Source: an uncultured delta proteobacterium (GTDB lineage Bacteria; Desulfobacterota; Zymogenia; Zymogenales; Zymogenaceae). Taken from it: a stretch of 64,000 nt of DNA. Both the position numbers and the translations under genes were made by a program. Positions 41,108-51,015 of this stretch are shown in pieces. The number at the start of each line of letters is the position of its first letter. Position 1 is the first letter of the stretch. Under the pieces are notes generated by a model. It was not told the DNA's origin, did no database searches, and saw only the letters and a list, made by a program, of their open reading frames with translations. The stretch spans positions 544,001-608,000 of the forward strand of contig CAVTLK010000005.1 of the NCBI GenBank assembly GCA_963735595.1, in the 5' to 3' direction.

Positions 41108-41839
41108 ATGAACAAGAACAGAAAAAAAAGGACAGCAGTATGTCAGATTACCCACCGGGAATACCCGATGGAGGAGCTGGTGCCGGCATCCCTGATCAGC
41201 CAGGCCTCACTCGATCTGGTAAAGGAACAGCACCCCGACTGGGACCCGAACGGCTATATTTCGATCGTTGAGCTTAATCGTTTGAGACACGAGCACGTCC
41301 AGCGTATGCTCGAAAAAGAGAAGGGTGAGATGACGCACCTGGAGCGGGAGGTCTTGAAGAGTATCAAGAACGCGCAGATCCTCTCCAGGAATGTTGAGAA
41401 GGACATCCAGGAGCGGTACACGCTCGGACAGAGGGTCGCCGACCGGGTGGCGGAGTTCGGGGGGAGCTGGGGCTTCATCATAGCGTTCTTCGTCTTTTTC
41501 ATGGTGTGGATACTTATCAATATAGCTGTCCTCGTCCAGAAACCGTTTGACCCGTATCCCTTCATCCTCCTGAACCTGATCCTCTCGTGCCTGGCGGCGA
41601 TCCAGGCGCCGGTCATCATGATGAGCCAGAACCGCAAGGAGGCCAAGGACCGGACCCGTTCAGAAAACGACTACCAGGTGAACCTCAAGGCAGAGATCGA
41701 GATCAAACAGCTCCACGAGAAACTTGATCACATCATCATCCACCACAACCGCCGCATCCTCGAGCTGCAGCAGCTGCAGGTCGATCTCTTGGATGAGATC
41801 ATCGACACGCTGCATGAAAACGGGAGTAAGAGGAAGTAG
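41108..41839 (+). CDS. DUF1003 membrane protein
   Basis: AD.VA.FGGSW.FI and FDPYPFILLNL.LS.LAAIQAPVIMMSQNR motifs. Confidence 0.9.
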   Translation: MNKNRKKRTAVCQITHREYPMEELVPASLISQASLDLVKEQHPDWDPNGYISIVELNRLRHEHVQRMLEKEKGEMTHLEREVLKSIKNAQILSRNVEKDIQERYTLGQRVADRVAEFGGSWGFIIAFFVFFMVWILINIAVLVQKPFDPYPFILLNLILSCLAAIQAPVIMMSQNRKEAKDRTRSENDYQVNLKAEIEIKQLHEKLDHIIIHHNRRILELQQLQVDLLDEIIDTLHENGSKRK

Positions 41840-41890
41840 GAGGAAGAACCGGGGAGCCGTCTCCGGGATTAGACATGAGAGGAACCGAAA

Positions 41891-42214
41891 ATGATAAGCC
41901 GAATATGGCACGGCTGGACGAGCCGCGAAAACGCTGACGTCTACGAGGCGCTGTTACGTACCGAGATCTTCGTGGGAGTCGCCGAGCGGGCGATCGACGG
42001 CTATCGGGGGATCCACCTGTTGCGCCGTGACGTTGGTGAGGACGTCGAGTTCGTGACGATCATGTGGTTCGAGTCGCTTTCGGCCGTGCGGGCGTTTGCC
42101 GGGGAGGACTACGAGGCCGCCGTCGTGCCGCCGGCCGCGCGAAAGCTCCTGTCCCGTTTTGACGACCGCTCGGTGCATTACGAGGTGATCGAGCACCCTA
42201 ACCGGCAAGGCTGA
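41891..42214 (+). CDS. Antibiotic-biosynthesis-monooxygenase-like dimeric barrel protein
   Basis: ISRIWHGWT...FAGEDYE.AVVP...FD..S.HYE. Confidence 0.8.
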   Translation: MISRIWHGWTSRENADVYEALLRTEIFVGVAERAIDGYRGIHLLRRDVGEDVEFVTIMWFESLSAVRAFAGEDYEAAVVPPAARKLLSRFDDRSVHYEVIEHPNRQG

Positions 42215-42336
42215 GAATCCGGGCGGGCGCGGGGACAGCGGGGGCGGCAGTATCTCTAGGTGAAAGGGTACCGTCGGATACGAAATCGCTCGAATCTCTG
42301 CACCTTGATTCAAACCTTACTCGGGTGGAAAAAAGA

Positions 42337-43191
42337 ATGGATAAGAAACCCTATATTGTCACCGGCGCAAACGCCGGCATCGGCAAGGCGATCGCAGTCA
42401 AACTCGCCGGCATGGGCCGGCGCGTGGTCATGGTAAGCAGGGACGCCGAAAAGGGCCGTATCGCGGCCGACGAGGTGCGCGCCGCTGCGAAAGGCACGGG
42501 GGGCGGCTCGGTGGAGCTGGTGGTCGGCAGCCTCAACACGGTCGCCGACGCCCGGCGGCTTGGAGAGACGATCCGGGACCGGTATCCGACAATCGGCTGC
42601 CTCGTCAACAACGCCGGGGTCTGGATGACCAAAAAGGTCTTGAATGCCGACGGGATCGAGACGACCTTCATGGTCAACCACCTGGGGCCGTTCATCCTGA
42701 CAAACCTCCTGATTCCGAACCTTGAGGCCGGCGCGCCGTCACGAGTCGTCAACGTCAACGCGGGGCTCTACGTCTTCGGCAGGCTCGACCTCGAAAAGAC
42801 GCCTGCGGGCGCCGACTTCGGCCGGTTTTTCACCTACTGCAATTCCAAACAGGCGAATCTCCTGTCTACCGTGGAGCTGGCGCGGCGGCTCGATCCGAAG
42901 GAAGTGACGGTCAACGCCCTGCACCCCGGCGTAATCAGGACGGGCCTGGCGCAGGGGGATACGGCCGGGATACTCCGTCCCGCCGTCAGCGCGTGGAAGC
43001 GGTTCATGAAGACGCCCGAGGAGGGCGCGGCCGCGCCGGTATGGGTAGCAACGGAGCCGGAGCTTGCCGGGGTGACGGGGAGGTTCTTTTTTCTGACGAA
43101 AGAGAAAGATATCCTCCCCAAGGCGCAGGACCCGGAAACGGCGGTGCGGCTGTGGGAGCTGAGCGCGAAGATGAGCGGGGTGGGGGGGTGA
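42337..43191 (+). CDS. Short-chain dehydrogenase/reductase
   Basis: VTGANAGIG, NNAG, YCNSK and HPG motifs. Confidence 0.9.
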   Translation: MDKKPYIVTGANAGIGKAIAVKLAGMGRRVVMVSRDAEKGRIAADEVRAAAKGTGGGSVELVVGSLNTVADARRLGETIRDRYPTIGCLVNNAGVWMTKKVLNADGIETTFMVNHLGPFILTNLLIPNLEAGAPSRVVNVNAGLYVFGRLDLEKTPAGADFGRFFTYCNSKQANLLSTVELARRLDPKEVTVNALHPGVIRTGLAQGDTAGILRPAVSAWKRFMKTPEEGAAAPVWVATEPELAGVTGRFFFLTKEKDILPKAQDPETAVRLWELSAKMSGVGG

Positions 43192-43223
43192 TCCCCCATC
43201 CGCGAGGCGTGGAGAGCGGCGTC

Positions 43224-43481
43224 CTATTTTTCTGCATCCGATGAATCCTTCCCACCGCCCGCGAGCCTTTCCGCGATGATCTTCGTGGTGCCGGCCACGA
43301 TCGGGAATATCGAAAGCAGCATGACCAGCGCGAGGACGGCGACGATGATATTTGCGGCCACGCTGCCCGAAAACGGCTTCTCGGACGCGAGGTAGGTCAC
43401 CAGGATCACGAGCGCCATGAGGATAAAGGGCACGGCCAGCATATACCAGCCGATCCTGAGCAGTTTTCTTCCTGAAATCAT
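43224..43481 (-). CDS. Small two-TM hypothetical protein
   Basis: GAGGGAG RBS before ATG 43481; two hydrophobic helices. Confidence 0.6.
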   Translation of the reverse strand: MISGRKLLRIGWYMLAVPFILMALVILVTYLASEKPFSGSVAANIIVAVLALVMLLSIFPIVAGTTKIIAERLAGGGKDSSDAEK

Positions 43482-43509
43482 TACGCTCCCTCTCACATAA
43501 AATCCCTGT

Positions 43510-44265
43510 CTATTTCGGCTCCGCATCCCGGCTGGGGCCGGGGTCATAGACGATCTTTGTCGTAAACGTCTTCGGCATCGGCGCGGTGAACGTCATCTCG
43601 GCGCCGGTCGTGGGGTGGGCCAGCGTCACCGAGTATGCCCAGAGCATGATCCCCTTAACGACGTCCCCGGCCCTGCGCCGCTCGCCCGGTATCTGTTTTG
43701 CGCCGTACTTGATGTCCCCCACGATGGGGCAGCCGATTTCGGCAAGCTGTGCCCTGATCTGGTGTTTCCTGCCCGTGATCAGCTGCACCTCGACAAGGCT
43801 CGTCTCCACCCCGATCTCGATGATAGTATAGAGCAGGCGCGCTTCCTGCGCGCCGGGGGTCTCGGGATAGACGACCTTCATCATCGTCCCGGATTTCGCC
43901 AGGAAATGGGTCAGCTCCCCGAACGGCAGCTTCGGCATCCCCTCCACGAGCGCCCGGTAGGTCTTTTTCGTCTCGCGTTCCCGGAACTGTTCGGAGAGGC
44001 GGCCTGCGGCCTTGCTCGTCCGCGCGAATACGATCACCCCCCCTACGGGGCGGTCCAGCCGGTGCACCAGCCCGAGGTAGACGTCCCCCGGCTTGGCGTA
44101 TTTTTCGGCGAGATACCGCTTGGCCAGGTCCATCAGGCAGATGTCCCCCGTCCGGTCGGCCTGGGTGAGCATGCCGGTTGGTTTTACCATTGCCAGCAGG
44201 TGGTTATCCTCGAAGAGGACCAGGTTCCCGATCATCTCGAATGTCCAGTCGATTGCGATTCTCAT
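43510..44265 (-). CDS. RluA-family RNA pseudouridine synthase
   Basis: VHRLDR, TGRKHQIR and IVGD.KYG motifs. Confidence 0.92.
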   Translation of the reverse strand: MRIAIDWTFEMIGNLVLFEDNHLLAMVKPTGMLTQADRTGDICLMDLAKRYLAEKYAKPGDVYLGLVHRLDRPVGGVIVFARTSKAAGRLSEQFRERETKKTYRALVEGMPKLPFGELTHFLAKSGTMMKVVYPETPGAQEARLLYTIIEIGVETSLVEVQLITGRKHQIRAQLAEIGCPIVGDIKYGAKQIPGERRRAGDVVKGIMLWAYSVTLAHPTTGAEMTFTAPMPKTFTTKIVYDPGPSRDAEPK

Positions 44266-44352
44266 CTTTATCCGGCAGTTAATGTGTGATATAAGGATAC
44301 ATCAGGACGGTCGTTTTTTCACCTTAAAAACGTATCGATACGGGGCTGACGC

Positions 44353-45063
44353 GTGAAGGAGAGCAAGCAGGGCGATCAGGGAGCTCTTTTCCCGGTCGGG
44401 GATCGGCCTGTCCGACTTTCAGGTCGACCGGTTCTGGCTCCTCTACGCAAAGCTCGTCGAAAAAAACCCCGAGGCCGACCTGACGCGCCTGGTGACCTTC
44501 GAGGACATCGTCGTCAAACATTTCATTGACTCGGTCATGCCGGGCCGCCTCGCCGATCTCCCGTCGCCGCTCCTGGATATCGGGACGGGGGCGGGGTTTC
44601 CGGCCCTGCCGCTGCTCATCATGAATCCCGGCCTTTCGATGGTGCTTTCCGAGCCGCGCAAGAAACGGGTCGCCTTCATCCTGGAGATGATCGACCTGCT
44701 GGGCCTTGCCAGCGCCGAAGTCTACCCCCACAAGGTCATGCCCGATTTTCCCCTGTCCGTCTCCGGCGTGATCACGCGGGCGCTGGAGGCCGCCGAGGAT
44801 ACGCTCCTGCGCTGCGCGCCGTTCCTGGCGCCGGGCGCGCGGGTCATCCTCATGAAGGGGCCGGCGGGGGCGGGCGAGAGTCAGACCCGGCCCTGGCCGG
44901 GGCGGGGGCCTTCTTCCGGCTCGAACGCGACATCCCCTACACCGTGCCCAATACGCCCTACGAGCGCAGGCTCCTGGTCTTCGGGCGCACCGGCGAGGAG
45001 TGGACCTCCGGGCGGGCGGGACGGGGACGCCCCGGAGCACGGGGCGGGTCGTCGATATCGTGA
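44353..45063 (+). CDS. rsmG: 16S rRNA m7G527 methyltransferase RsmG; frameshifts near 44370 and 44880; possibly fused to the downstream TrmH domain
   Basis: LTR....HFIDS, LDIGTGAGFP, E...KR.AF, RA and MKG motifs; a shifted frame gives YTVPNTPYERRLLVF. Confidence 0.8.
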
Positions 45064-45803
45064 GCGAGGCCAACGAGCGGTTCAGGGAGTTCAGGGCGCT
45101 CCTTACCGGCCGCGGCCTCAAGAAGGAGGGGACGGCCCTTATCTCCGGCGCCAAGGTCATCGACGAGATCGTCGGCCGGCACCCGGCCGACATCGTCGGG
45201 TGGATCGGCACCGGCAAGGCCGGCGGGCCGCCGGAGGCGCTTGCCGGCGTGCCGTGGTACCGGCTCTCCGGCAGGCTCTTCGAGGAGCTCGACGTCCACG
45301 GCACGGGCGGGCCGCTTATCCTGGCGGCGGTGCCCCAGCTGCCCGAGTGGCAGGATTCGGAGGAAAACGAGGGGCTCACCCTCTTCGTCCCGTTCCAGGA
45401 CCCCGCCAACGTGGGGGCGGTTATCCGGTCGGCGGCGGCCCTCGGGGCCGGACGGGTGGTGCTCCTTGCCGGGGCGGCAAATCCGTACCACCACAAGGCG
45501 GTGCGGGCGGCGGGCGCGGGACTGTTCCGCGTGCCGCTGATGCGGGGGCCCTCCATCGAGGCGCTCACGGTCAGGGCGGTGCCCCTCTTTACCCTGTCGG
45601 CGGAGGGCGAAAATATCGCGAAGACGACCCTGCCGCGGACGATGGGGCTCCTGGTGGGCGTCGAGGGGCCGGGGGTGCCGGAGCGGTTCCGGCAAAAGCG
45701 GCTCATCGGCATCCCGATGGAGGCGGGCAGCGAATCGCTCAACGCCGCGGTGTCGGCGGCGGTGGCGATGTACGAGTGGTACCGGAGGCATCATACGAAA
45801 TAA
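45000..45803 (+). CDS. TrmH/SpoU-family RNA methyltransferase
   Basis: QDPANVGAVIRSA, GVEGPG and IPM...ESLNAAVS motifs. Confidence 0.88.
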   Translation: MDLRAGGTGTPRSTGRVVDIVSEANERFREFRALLTGRGLKKEGTALISGAKVIDEIVGRHPADIVGWIGTGKAGGPPEALAGVPWYRLSGRLFEELDVHGTGGPLILAAVPQLPEWQDSEENEGLTLFVPFQDPANVGAVIRSAAALGAGRVVLLAGAANPYHHKAVRAAGAGLFRVPLMRGPSIEALTVRAVPLFTLSAEGENIAKTTLPRTMGLLVGVEGPGVPERFRQKRLIGIPMEAGSESLNAAVSAAVAMYEWYRRHHTK

Positions 45804-45861
45804 ATCTGCGGCTGTCTTATGCGGATGCGATAATTCTGATACGCACTGAGGGAGTACTTCC

Positions 45862-46857
45862 ATGAAGGCACTGGTAACCGGCGCGGGGGGATTTATCGGC
45901 TCGTTTCTGAGCAGGGGGCTGATCGAGCGGGGCTATTCGGTCCGGGGGCTCTTCCTGCCCAACGAGGACACGGCGGCGGCCGAACGGCTCGGCGTCGAGG
46001 TCTTCCGGGGCGACCTGACGAAACCGGAGACGCTCAAGGGGGCCGCCGACGGCGTTGACGTCGTCTTCCACCTGGCCACCCGCGTGGCGGACTGGGGAAG
46101 TATGAAGGTCTTCCGGTGCGTCATGGTGGAGGGCACCGGAAACCTCCTTCGCGAGGGCCGCGGTACAATAAAACGGTTTGTCTATTTCTCCTCGGTCGCG
46201 GCCCTCGGCCTCGGCCGGGATATCGACGGGCTGAATGAAGCCGCGCCGCGCGTGGTATGCGGCGTCCCCTACTGCGACACGAAGGGGGAGGCCGAGGACC
46301 TGGTCGCCGGATTCTGCGCGGAGGCCGGTATCGAACATGTCATCGTGCGGCCCGCCAACGTCATCGGGCCGGGAAGCGTCTGGGTAACGGACGTGCTGGA
46401 CGCCTATTACCGCGGGCCGCTGCCGCTGATAGACGGGGGCAGGGCGCCGGGTGCTTTCGTGTGGGTGACCAACCTCGCCGACGGGGCGATCGCGGCGGCG
46501 GAGCTGCCCGCCGCGGCCGGCAAGACCTACCACTTCCGTGACGACTACCGGATCACCTGGGAGGGGTATCAGCGGTTCCTGGGCGGCCTGATCGGCAAGC
46601 GTCCCGTGGGGAGCCTCCCCTTTGCCTTCGCATGGAAGCTCGGCGCGGCCCTGGAGGCGCTCCTCTCGCCCCTCGGCATACGGCCGCCCCTCACGAGGCT
46701 CGCCGCCGGCGTCATGGGCAGGAACCTCGACGTGGATACGGCGCGGGCCAAAAAGGAGCTGGGCTGGAAGAGCAGGGTCGGCGAGGCCGAGGCGCTTGCC
46801 GAGATCGAGCGGTGGGTGAAAGAGGTCTATATACCGGGGAGGAAAAGGAAGCGGTAA
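45862..46857 (+). CDS. NAD-dependent epimerase/dehydratase
   Basis: VTGAGGFIG, FHLA, YCDTK and RPANVIGPG motifs. Confidence 0.9.
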   Translation: MKALVTGAGGFIGSFLSRGLIERGYSVRGLFLPNEDTAAAERLGVEVFRGDLTKPETLKGAADGVDVVFHLATRVADWGSMKVFRCVMVEGTGNLLREGRGTIKRFVYFSSVAALGLGRDIDGLNEAAPRVVCGVPYCDTKGEAEDLVAGFCAEAGIEHVIVRPANVIGPGSVWVTDVLDAYYRGPLPLIDGGRAPGAFVWVTNLADGAIAAAELPAAAGKTYHFRDDYRITWEGYQRFLGGLIGKRPVGSLPFAFAWKLGAALEALLSPLGIRPPLTRLAAGVMGRNLDVDTARAKKELGWKSRVGEAEALAEIERWVKEVYIPGRKRKR

Positions 46858-46860
46858 TCC

Positions 46861-46934
46861 CCGCTACCGCTCCTCGCAATGTCGGTGGAGTTGGTGTCAT
46901 TGCGAGCCGACGTAAGTCGGCGCGGCAATCCCCC
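46861..46934. repeat. GTCATTGCGAG-family element halves
   Basis: CTCGCAATGTC followed by GTCATTGCGAG...GCAATCCCC. Confidence 0.6.
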
Positions 46935-46985
46935 GACTGTCACCATGATCGGTAACTCACCGGAATAATAGCGGACTATTTACCC

Positions 46986-47606
46986 ATGGAAATCATCTAT
47001 ATCCTCGACCTTTTCGGGACGTTCACCTTTGCCGTCAGCGGGGCGCTGTCGGCGGCCGGCAAGAAGTTCGACCTCTTCGGGGCGCTGTCCGTCGGGTTCG
47101 TGACGGCCGTGGGCGGCGGGACGGTCCGTGACCTGACCCTGGGGGCGACGCCGGTCTTCTGGCTCACCGACGTGAATTACCTGCTGGTGATCGCGGCGGG
47201 CGTCTTTGTCGTTTTCCTCTTCGCCCGCCACGTGCTCGCGTACGGCAGGGTGCTGCTGTTCTTCGACGCGCTGGGCATCGGGGTCTTCACCCTCATCGGG
47301 ATCAACCGGGCGCTGGGCGCCGGGGTCCTCCCGATCTTCGCGGTGCTCATGGGGGTGGTCACGGCGGTGGTGGGCGGGGTGCTGCGGGACGTGCTGGTCA
47401 ACGAGGTCCCGCTGATCTTCCGGAGCGAGGTCTACGCCACGGCCTGCCTGTTAGGGGGAGCGGTCTATTTCCTGCTGGCTGCCTCCGGCGTGCCGCAGGC
47501 GGTCGTCTATTTCTCGACCGCCGCCTTCGTTACGGGGTTGAGGCTCCTGGCCATCAGGTACCGGTTTCACCTGCCGGTGGTGAAGGTGGGGAAAGAAGGG
47601 CGGTGA
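46986..47606 (+). CDS. Trimeric intracellular cation channel (UPF0126/YadS) family protein
   Basis: FAVSGAL, TAVGGGT.RD and GG.LRDVL..EVP motifs. Confidence 0.9.
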   Translation: MEIIYILDLFGTFTFAVSGALSAAGKKFDLFGALSVGFVTAVGGGTVRDLTLGATPVFWLTDVNYLLVIAAGVFVVFLFARHVLAYGRVLLFFDALGIGVFTLIGINRALGAGVLPIFAVLMGVVTAVVGGVLRDVLVNEVPLIFRSEVYATACLLGGAVYFLLAASGVPQAVVYFSTAAFVTGLRLLAIRYRFHLPVVKVGKEGR

Positions 47607-47665
47607 TTTCGAAACCCCTTTAGCTTTTCCCTCGTCGTGAAGCAGCCTTCACCAATTCGGCTCCC

Positions 47666-48365
47666 TCACTGTCTCCCCGCCTTCTCGTACGTTTCCGTCC
47701 TGCACCCCAGCGACTCGAACTTTTCCCGCGCCGCGGCCAGCTTATCGGGCGAATCGTACTTGAACCGCATCCCCAGCTCCAGCAGGTGGGCGGCATCGTC
47801 CGCGGGCATCGAGAGCTTCTTTGCCAGGAGCGCCACGACGTGCTCCCGCTGCTTTTTGTCCTCCGGCGGGTAGACCTTGAGGCGCAGGGTCACGCCGAAG
47901 GCGTGGCCGCAGAACCGGCAGACGCGGGCTTCCTTGTAGACGTCTTTCGCGCAGCCGGGGCATTTCTTCGTCGAGGGCTCTTCGAGACTGCGGCGTCCGG
48001 GGATGGCCCCTCGGGCGCCCGAATGTGTCCCGGTCTCCCCCGGGGGAGACGCCGGCGCGGCGTCTCCTCTCGGACGAGGCCGCGTCAAACCGGGAGGATG
48101 CCGACCGCCGGTTTTCACGCCCGTTGTTTGTCTCCGCCTGCCACCGGGCGGTCCACCCGTCTATCAGCAGGATAGCCCCGATGAAAATCGCGGCCGCCCC
48201 GACGATAACCGAGATGAACGGGACGGGCTCGGGCGCCTGTCCGGCCCTCAGTTTTTCAAGTACGTTCAGTCCCCCGGCAAAGAGCAGGAGGAGGGAGACG
48301 GCGATGAGGACCCATCCCGCGATGATCCGCCGCTGCGCCATAGTGGTCGACTGATTATTGCTCAT
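47666..48365 (-). CDS. Membrane protein with a zinc ribbon; frameshift near 48120
   Basis: Two N-terminal TM helices in ORF 47742..48365; KKCPGCA..EARVCRFCG in ORF 47666..48118. Confidence 0.65.
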
Positions 48366-48402
48366 TGTCTGAAACCCTAATCAACGGGCGTCGCCGCGGA
48401 TT

Positions 48403-49262
48403 TCACGCGCTCCGATCCCTCAGCCGCGGGTCCAGCGCGTCGCGGATTCCCTCGCCCAGGAGGTTATAGCCCAACACCGTCAACAGGATCGCCAGCCCCG
48501 GGTAGAGCGACAGCCACCAGGCCACCTCGATGGAGTCCTTACCCTCGGTGAGGATATTGCCCCAGCTGGGGGTCGGGGGCTGGACGCCGATGCCGAGAAA
48601 CGAGAGCGCGCTCTCGGTGAGGATGGCGCCGGCCACGCCGAGGGTCGCCGATACGAGGATGGGCCCCATGGCGTTGGGCAGTATGTGTGAGAAGATGATC
48701 CTGAAGTCCCCGGCCCCCTGGGAGCGGGCCGCCAGGACGAAGTCACGTTTCGTGAGCGTCAGGAACTCCGCCCGCACGAGGCGGGCCACCCCCATCCAGC
48801 CGGTGATGCCGATGACGATCATGATATTATAGATGGAAGGCTCAAGGATGGCGATGACGGCAAGGATCAGGAAAAACGACGGGAAGCAGAGCATCACGTC
48901 CACGAACCGCATGACCGCCCCGTCGAGCAGGCCCCCGTAGTATCCGGCCACGGCGCCCAGCATCGTCCCGATCAGGATGGCAATGCCCACCGCCACGAAC
49001 CCGACCTTGATCGATATCCGCGACCCCCAGACCATGCGGGAAAAGACGTCGCGCCCCGATTCATCGGTTCCGAAATAGTAGGTCGAGTCGGGAGGGGAAA
49101 GGAGGTGATCCCTGTCCGGCACGTTGGGGTCAAAGGGGGAGATCAGGGGGGCGGCTATGGAGACAAAAAAGAAAAAGCCCACGATCACCAGTCCCGAGAC
49201 GGCAAGCCGGTTCCTGAAGAATCTGCGCCAGAAATCGGAGACGGATGATTGGTGGGTTTCAT
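48403..49262 (-). CDS. oppC: Peptide ABC transporter permease (OppC/DppC type); probable frameshift right after the start
   Basis: FW.RF.RNRLA, FGTD.GRDVFSR, an EAA-like loop, LSFLG.G..PPTPSWG and LDPR. Confidence 0.88.
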
Positions 49263-49305
49263 GCGACTTCTCTCTGTGCGGAACCCGGCCCGGCCGCCCG
49301 GGGCG

Positions 49306-50016
49306 CTATTCCTTCGCCTTTTCCTGCAGCTCGGCAAGCGTAATGATACCCTTCTCGATCAGGAGCTTGACGAGGGCCTGCAGGATCTTTCGCTCTACCG
49401 GCGCGGCGGCAGTCTCGCCGCCGGCCGGGACGTCGGGTTCAATGGATTCCGGGACGGGAATCGGTTTTACCTCCTCGGTTATGGTCACCTCTTCCCCGTC
49501 ACGGATAATGGTCATCCCCTCGTCAACGCCGACGGTCATGGCCTCGGGCTGCTTGGGGGCGTAATATTCCACGTCGATCCCGTAGAGCTGGCGCATGCCG
49601 TAGATGAGGCCCTTCTCGCGCGACAGGACCGGCTGCACCCGCATACCCGCCGAGAACTGGATCTCCTCGATGGCCGTGAGGTCAAGGGGGTTGGCCATCG
49701 CCACGAAGAGGGACCGCTTGCCGCCGAAATCGCCCACCTTTACCGGCACCGCCTTGAACTTCTTGACGGTCTCTTTTGGCACCAGCCGGAGAACCTCGGG
49801 GGGGACGCTCGCGTTTTCCAGGTTGATCACCGGCAGGTTCAGGTGATATTTCAGGGCGGCCAGCAACTTATCCTCAGTGATGATCCTGAGGCTGATAAGC
49901 GCCTCCCCCAGCTTGCCTCCCCAGTTTTCCTGATAACGGAGTGCCCGCGAGAGATCGTCCCGGCTGATGATGTTTTTCGAGACGAGAAACTCGCCCAGTC
50001 TCATTTTTGACTGCAT
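49306..50016 (-). CDS. Stand-alone MshEN/T2SSE N-terminal domain protein without ATPase
   Basis: [24 protein letters not shown]...[21 protein letters not shown] and L.VAMANPLD; own ATG at 50016. Confidence 0.8.
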   Translation of the reverse strand: MQSKMRLGEFLVSKNIISRDDLSRALRYQENWGGKLGEALISLRIITEDKLLAALKYHLNLPVINLENASVPPEVLRLVPKETVKKFKAVPVKVGDFGGKRSLFVAMANPLDLTAIEEIQFSAGMRVQPVLSREKGLIYGMRQLYGIDVEYYAPKQPEAMTVGVDEGMTIIRDGEEVTITEEVKPIPVPESIEPDVPAGGETAAAPVERKILQALVKLLIEKGIITLAELQEKAKE

Positions 50017-50024
50017 GACCGCAC

Positions 50025-51000
50025 CTATCCTTTTCTGATGCGCGGATCGACAACGGCATACGAGATATCCGCCAGGAGATTTCCCAGGAGCGTCAGGACC
50101 GCGCCGATGACAAGTATCCCCATGATCACCGGGTAGTCCCGCGCCATCACGCTCGAATAAAAAAGGCGCCCCATTCCGTAGATCGAAAAGATGCTCTCGA
50201 AGATCACGCTCCCCCCGATAAGTCCCGGCACGGACAGGCCCAGGATCGTGATGACCGGCATGAGCGCGTTTCTCAAGGGCGTGCTTGTAGATCACGACAC
50301 GCTCCGGCAATCCCTTTGCGCGCGCCGTGACGATATAGTCCTGCCGGATCACCTCAAGCATCGTGCTCCTCATGTAACGCGACAGGCCGGCCAGCCCGCC
50401 GAAGGCCGAGAGCGTCACCGGCATGAGCAGGTGTTTGGCCACGTCCCATATCCGGGCGGGCAGGCTCATGGTATCGTGCATGATTGATTTTACGCCGGAT
50501 ATCGGCAGCCACCCGAGGTCTATGCCGAAAAGACGCATCATCAACAACGCCAGCCAGAACGTCGGGACGGCAAAGCCGACGAAAACGAAGACGGTCGACG
50601 CCTTGTCGAAGAAGGAGTCCTGGTTGGTTGCCGAAAAGACCCCGATCGGTATGGCCACGACGATGATGAGCAGCATGGAAAGAACGTTGATCCCGATGGT
50701 GATGGGGATGGTCTCTTTGATCTTGTCGGAGACGGGCCTGCGGTCGGGAGAAAAGGATTCGCCAAAATCCAGCCTGACGATACGCTTGAGCCAGTTGTAG
50801 TACTGGATGTGGAGCGGTTTATCCAGGCCGTACAATTTCGTCAGCCGCTCCTTGGCCTCGGGGGTTGCCTTCGGGTTTTCGGCGGTGGCAAGATCGGTGG
50901 GCTTGCCCGGTGCAAGCTGCATTACTCCAAACGAGATAATGGTGATTCCCAAAAGGATCGGGATCATCAGGAGGAGCCGCTTGACGATGTATCGCGCCAT
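50025..51000 (-). CDS. oppB: Peptide ABC transporter permease (OppB/DppB type); frameshift near 50272
   Basis: YI.KRLL, GLDKPL and QDYI.TARAKGL; a shifted frame gives RNALMPVIT...RDYPVI...DPRIR. Confidence 0.88.
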
Positions 51001-51015
51001 GATAGCCGCCCCCAA

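Noticed and set aside
44492..45865. 457-aa ORF with an Arg/Gly-rich tail
   Set aside because: The tail is off-frame read-through across the TrmH gene after a frameshift.
49306..51015. 569-aa OppB-MshEN fusion in the ORF track
   Set aside because: The true OppB C-terminus is in another frame ending at 50025, and the junction peptide is off-frame. This is a frameshift artefact.
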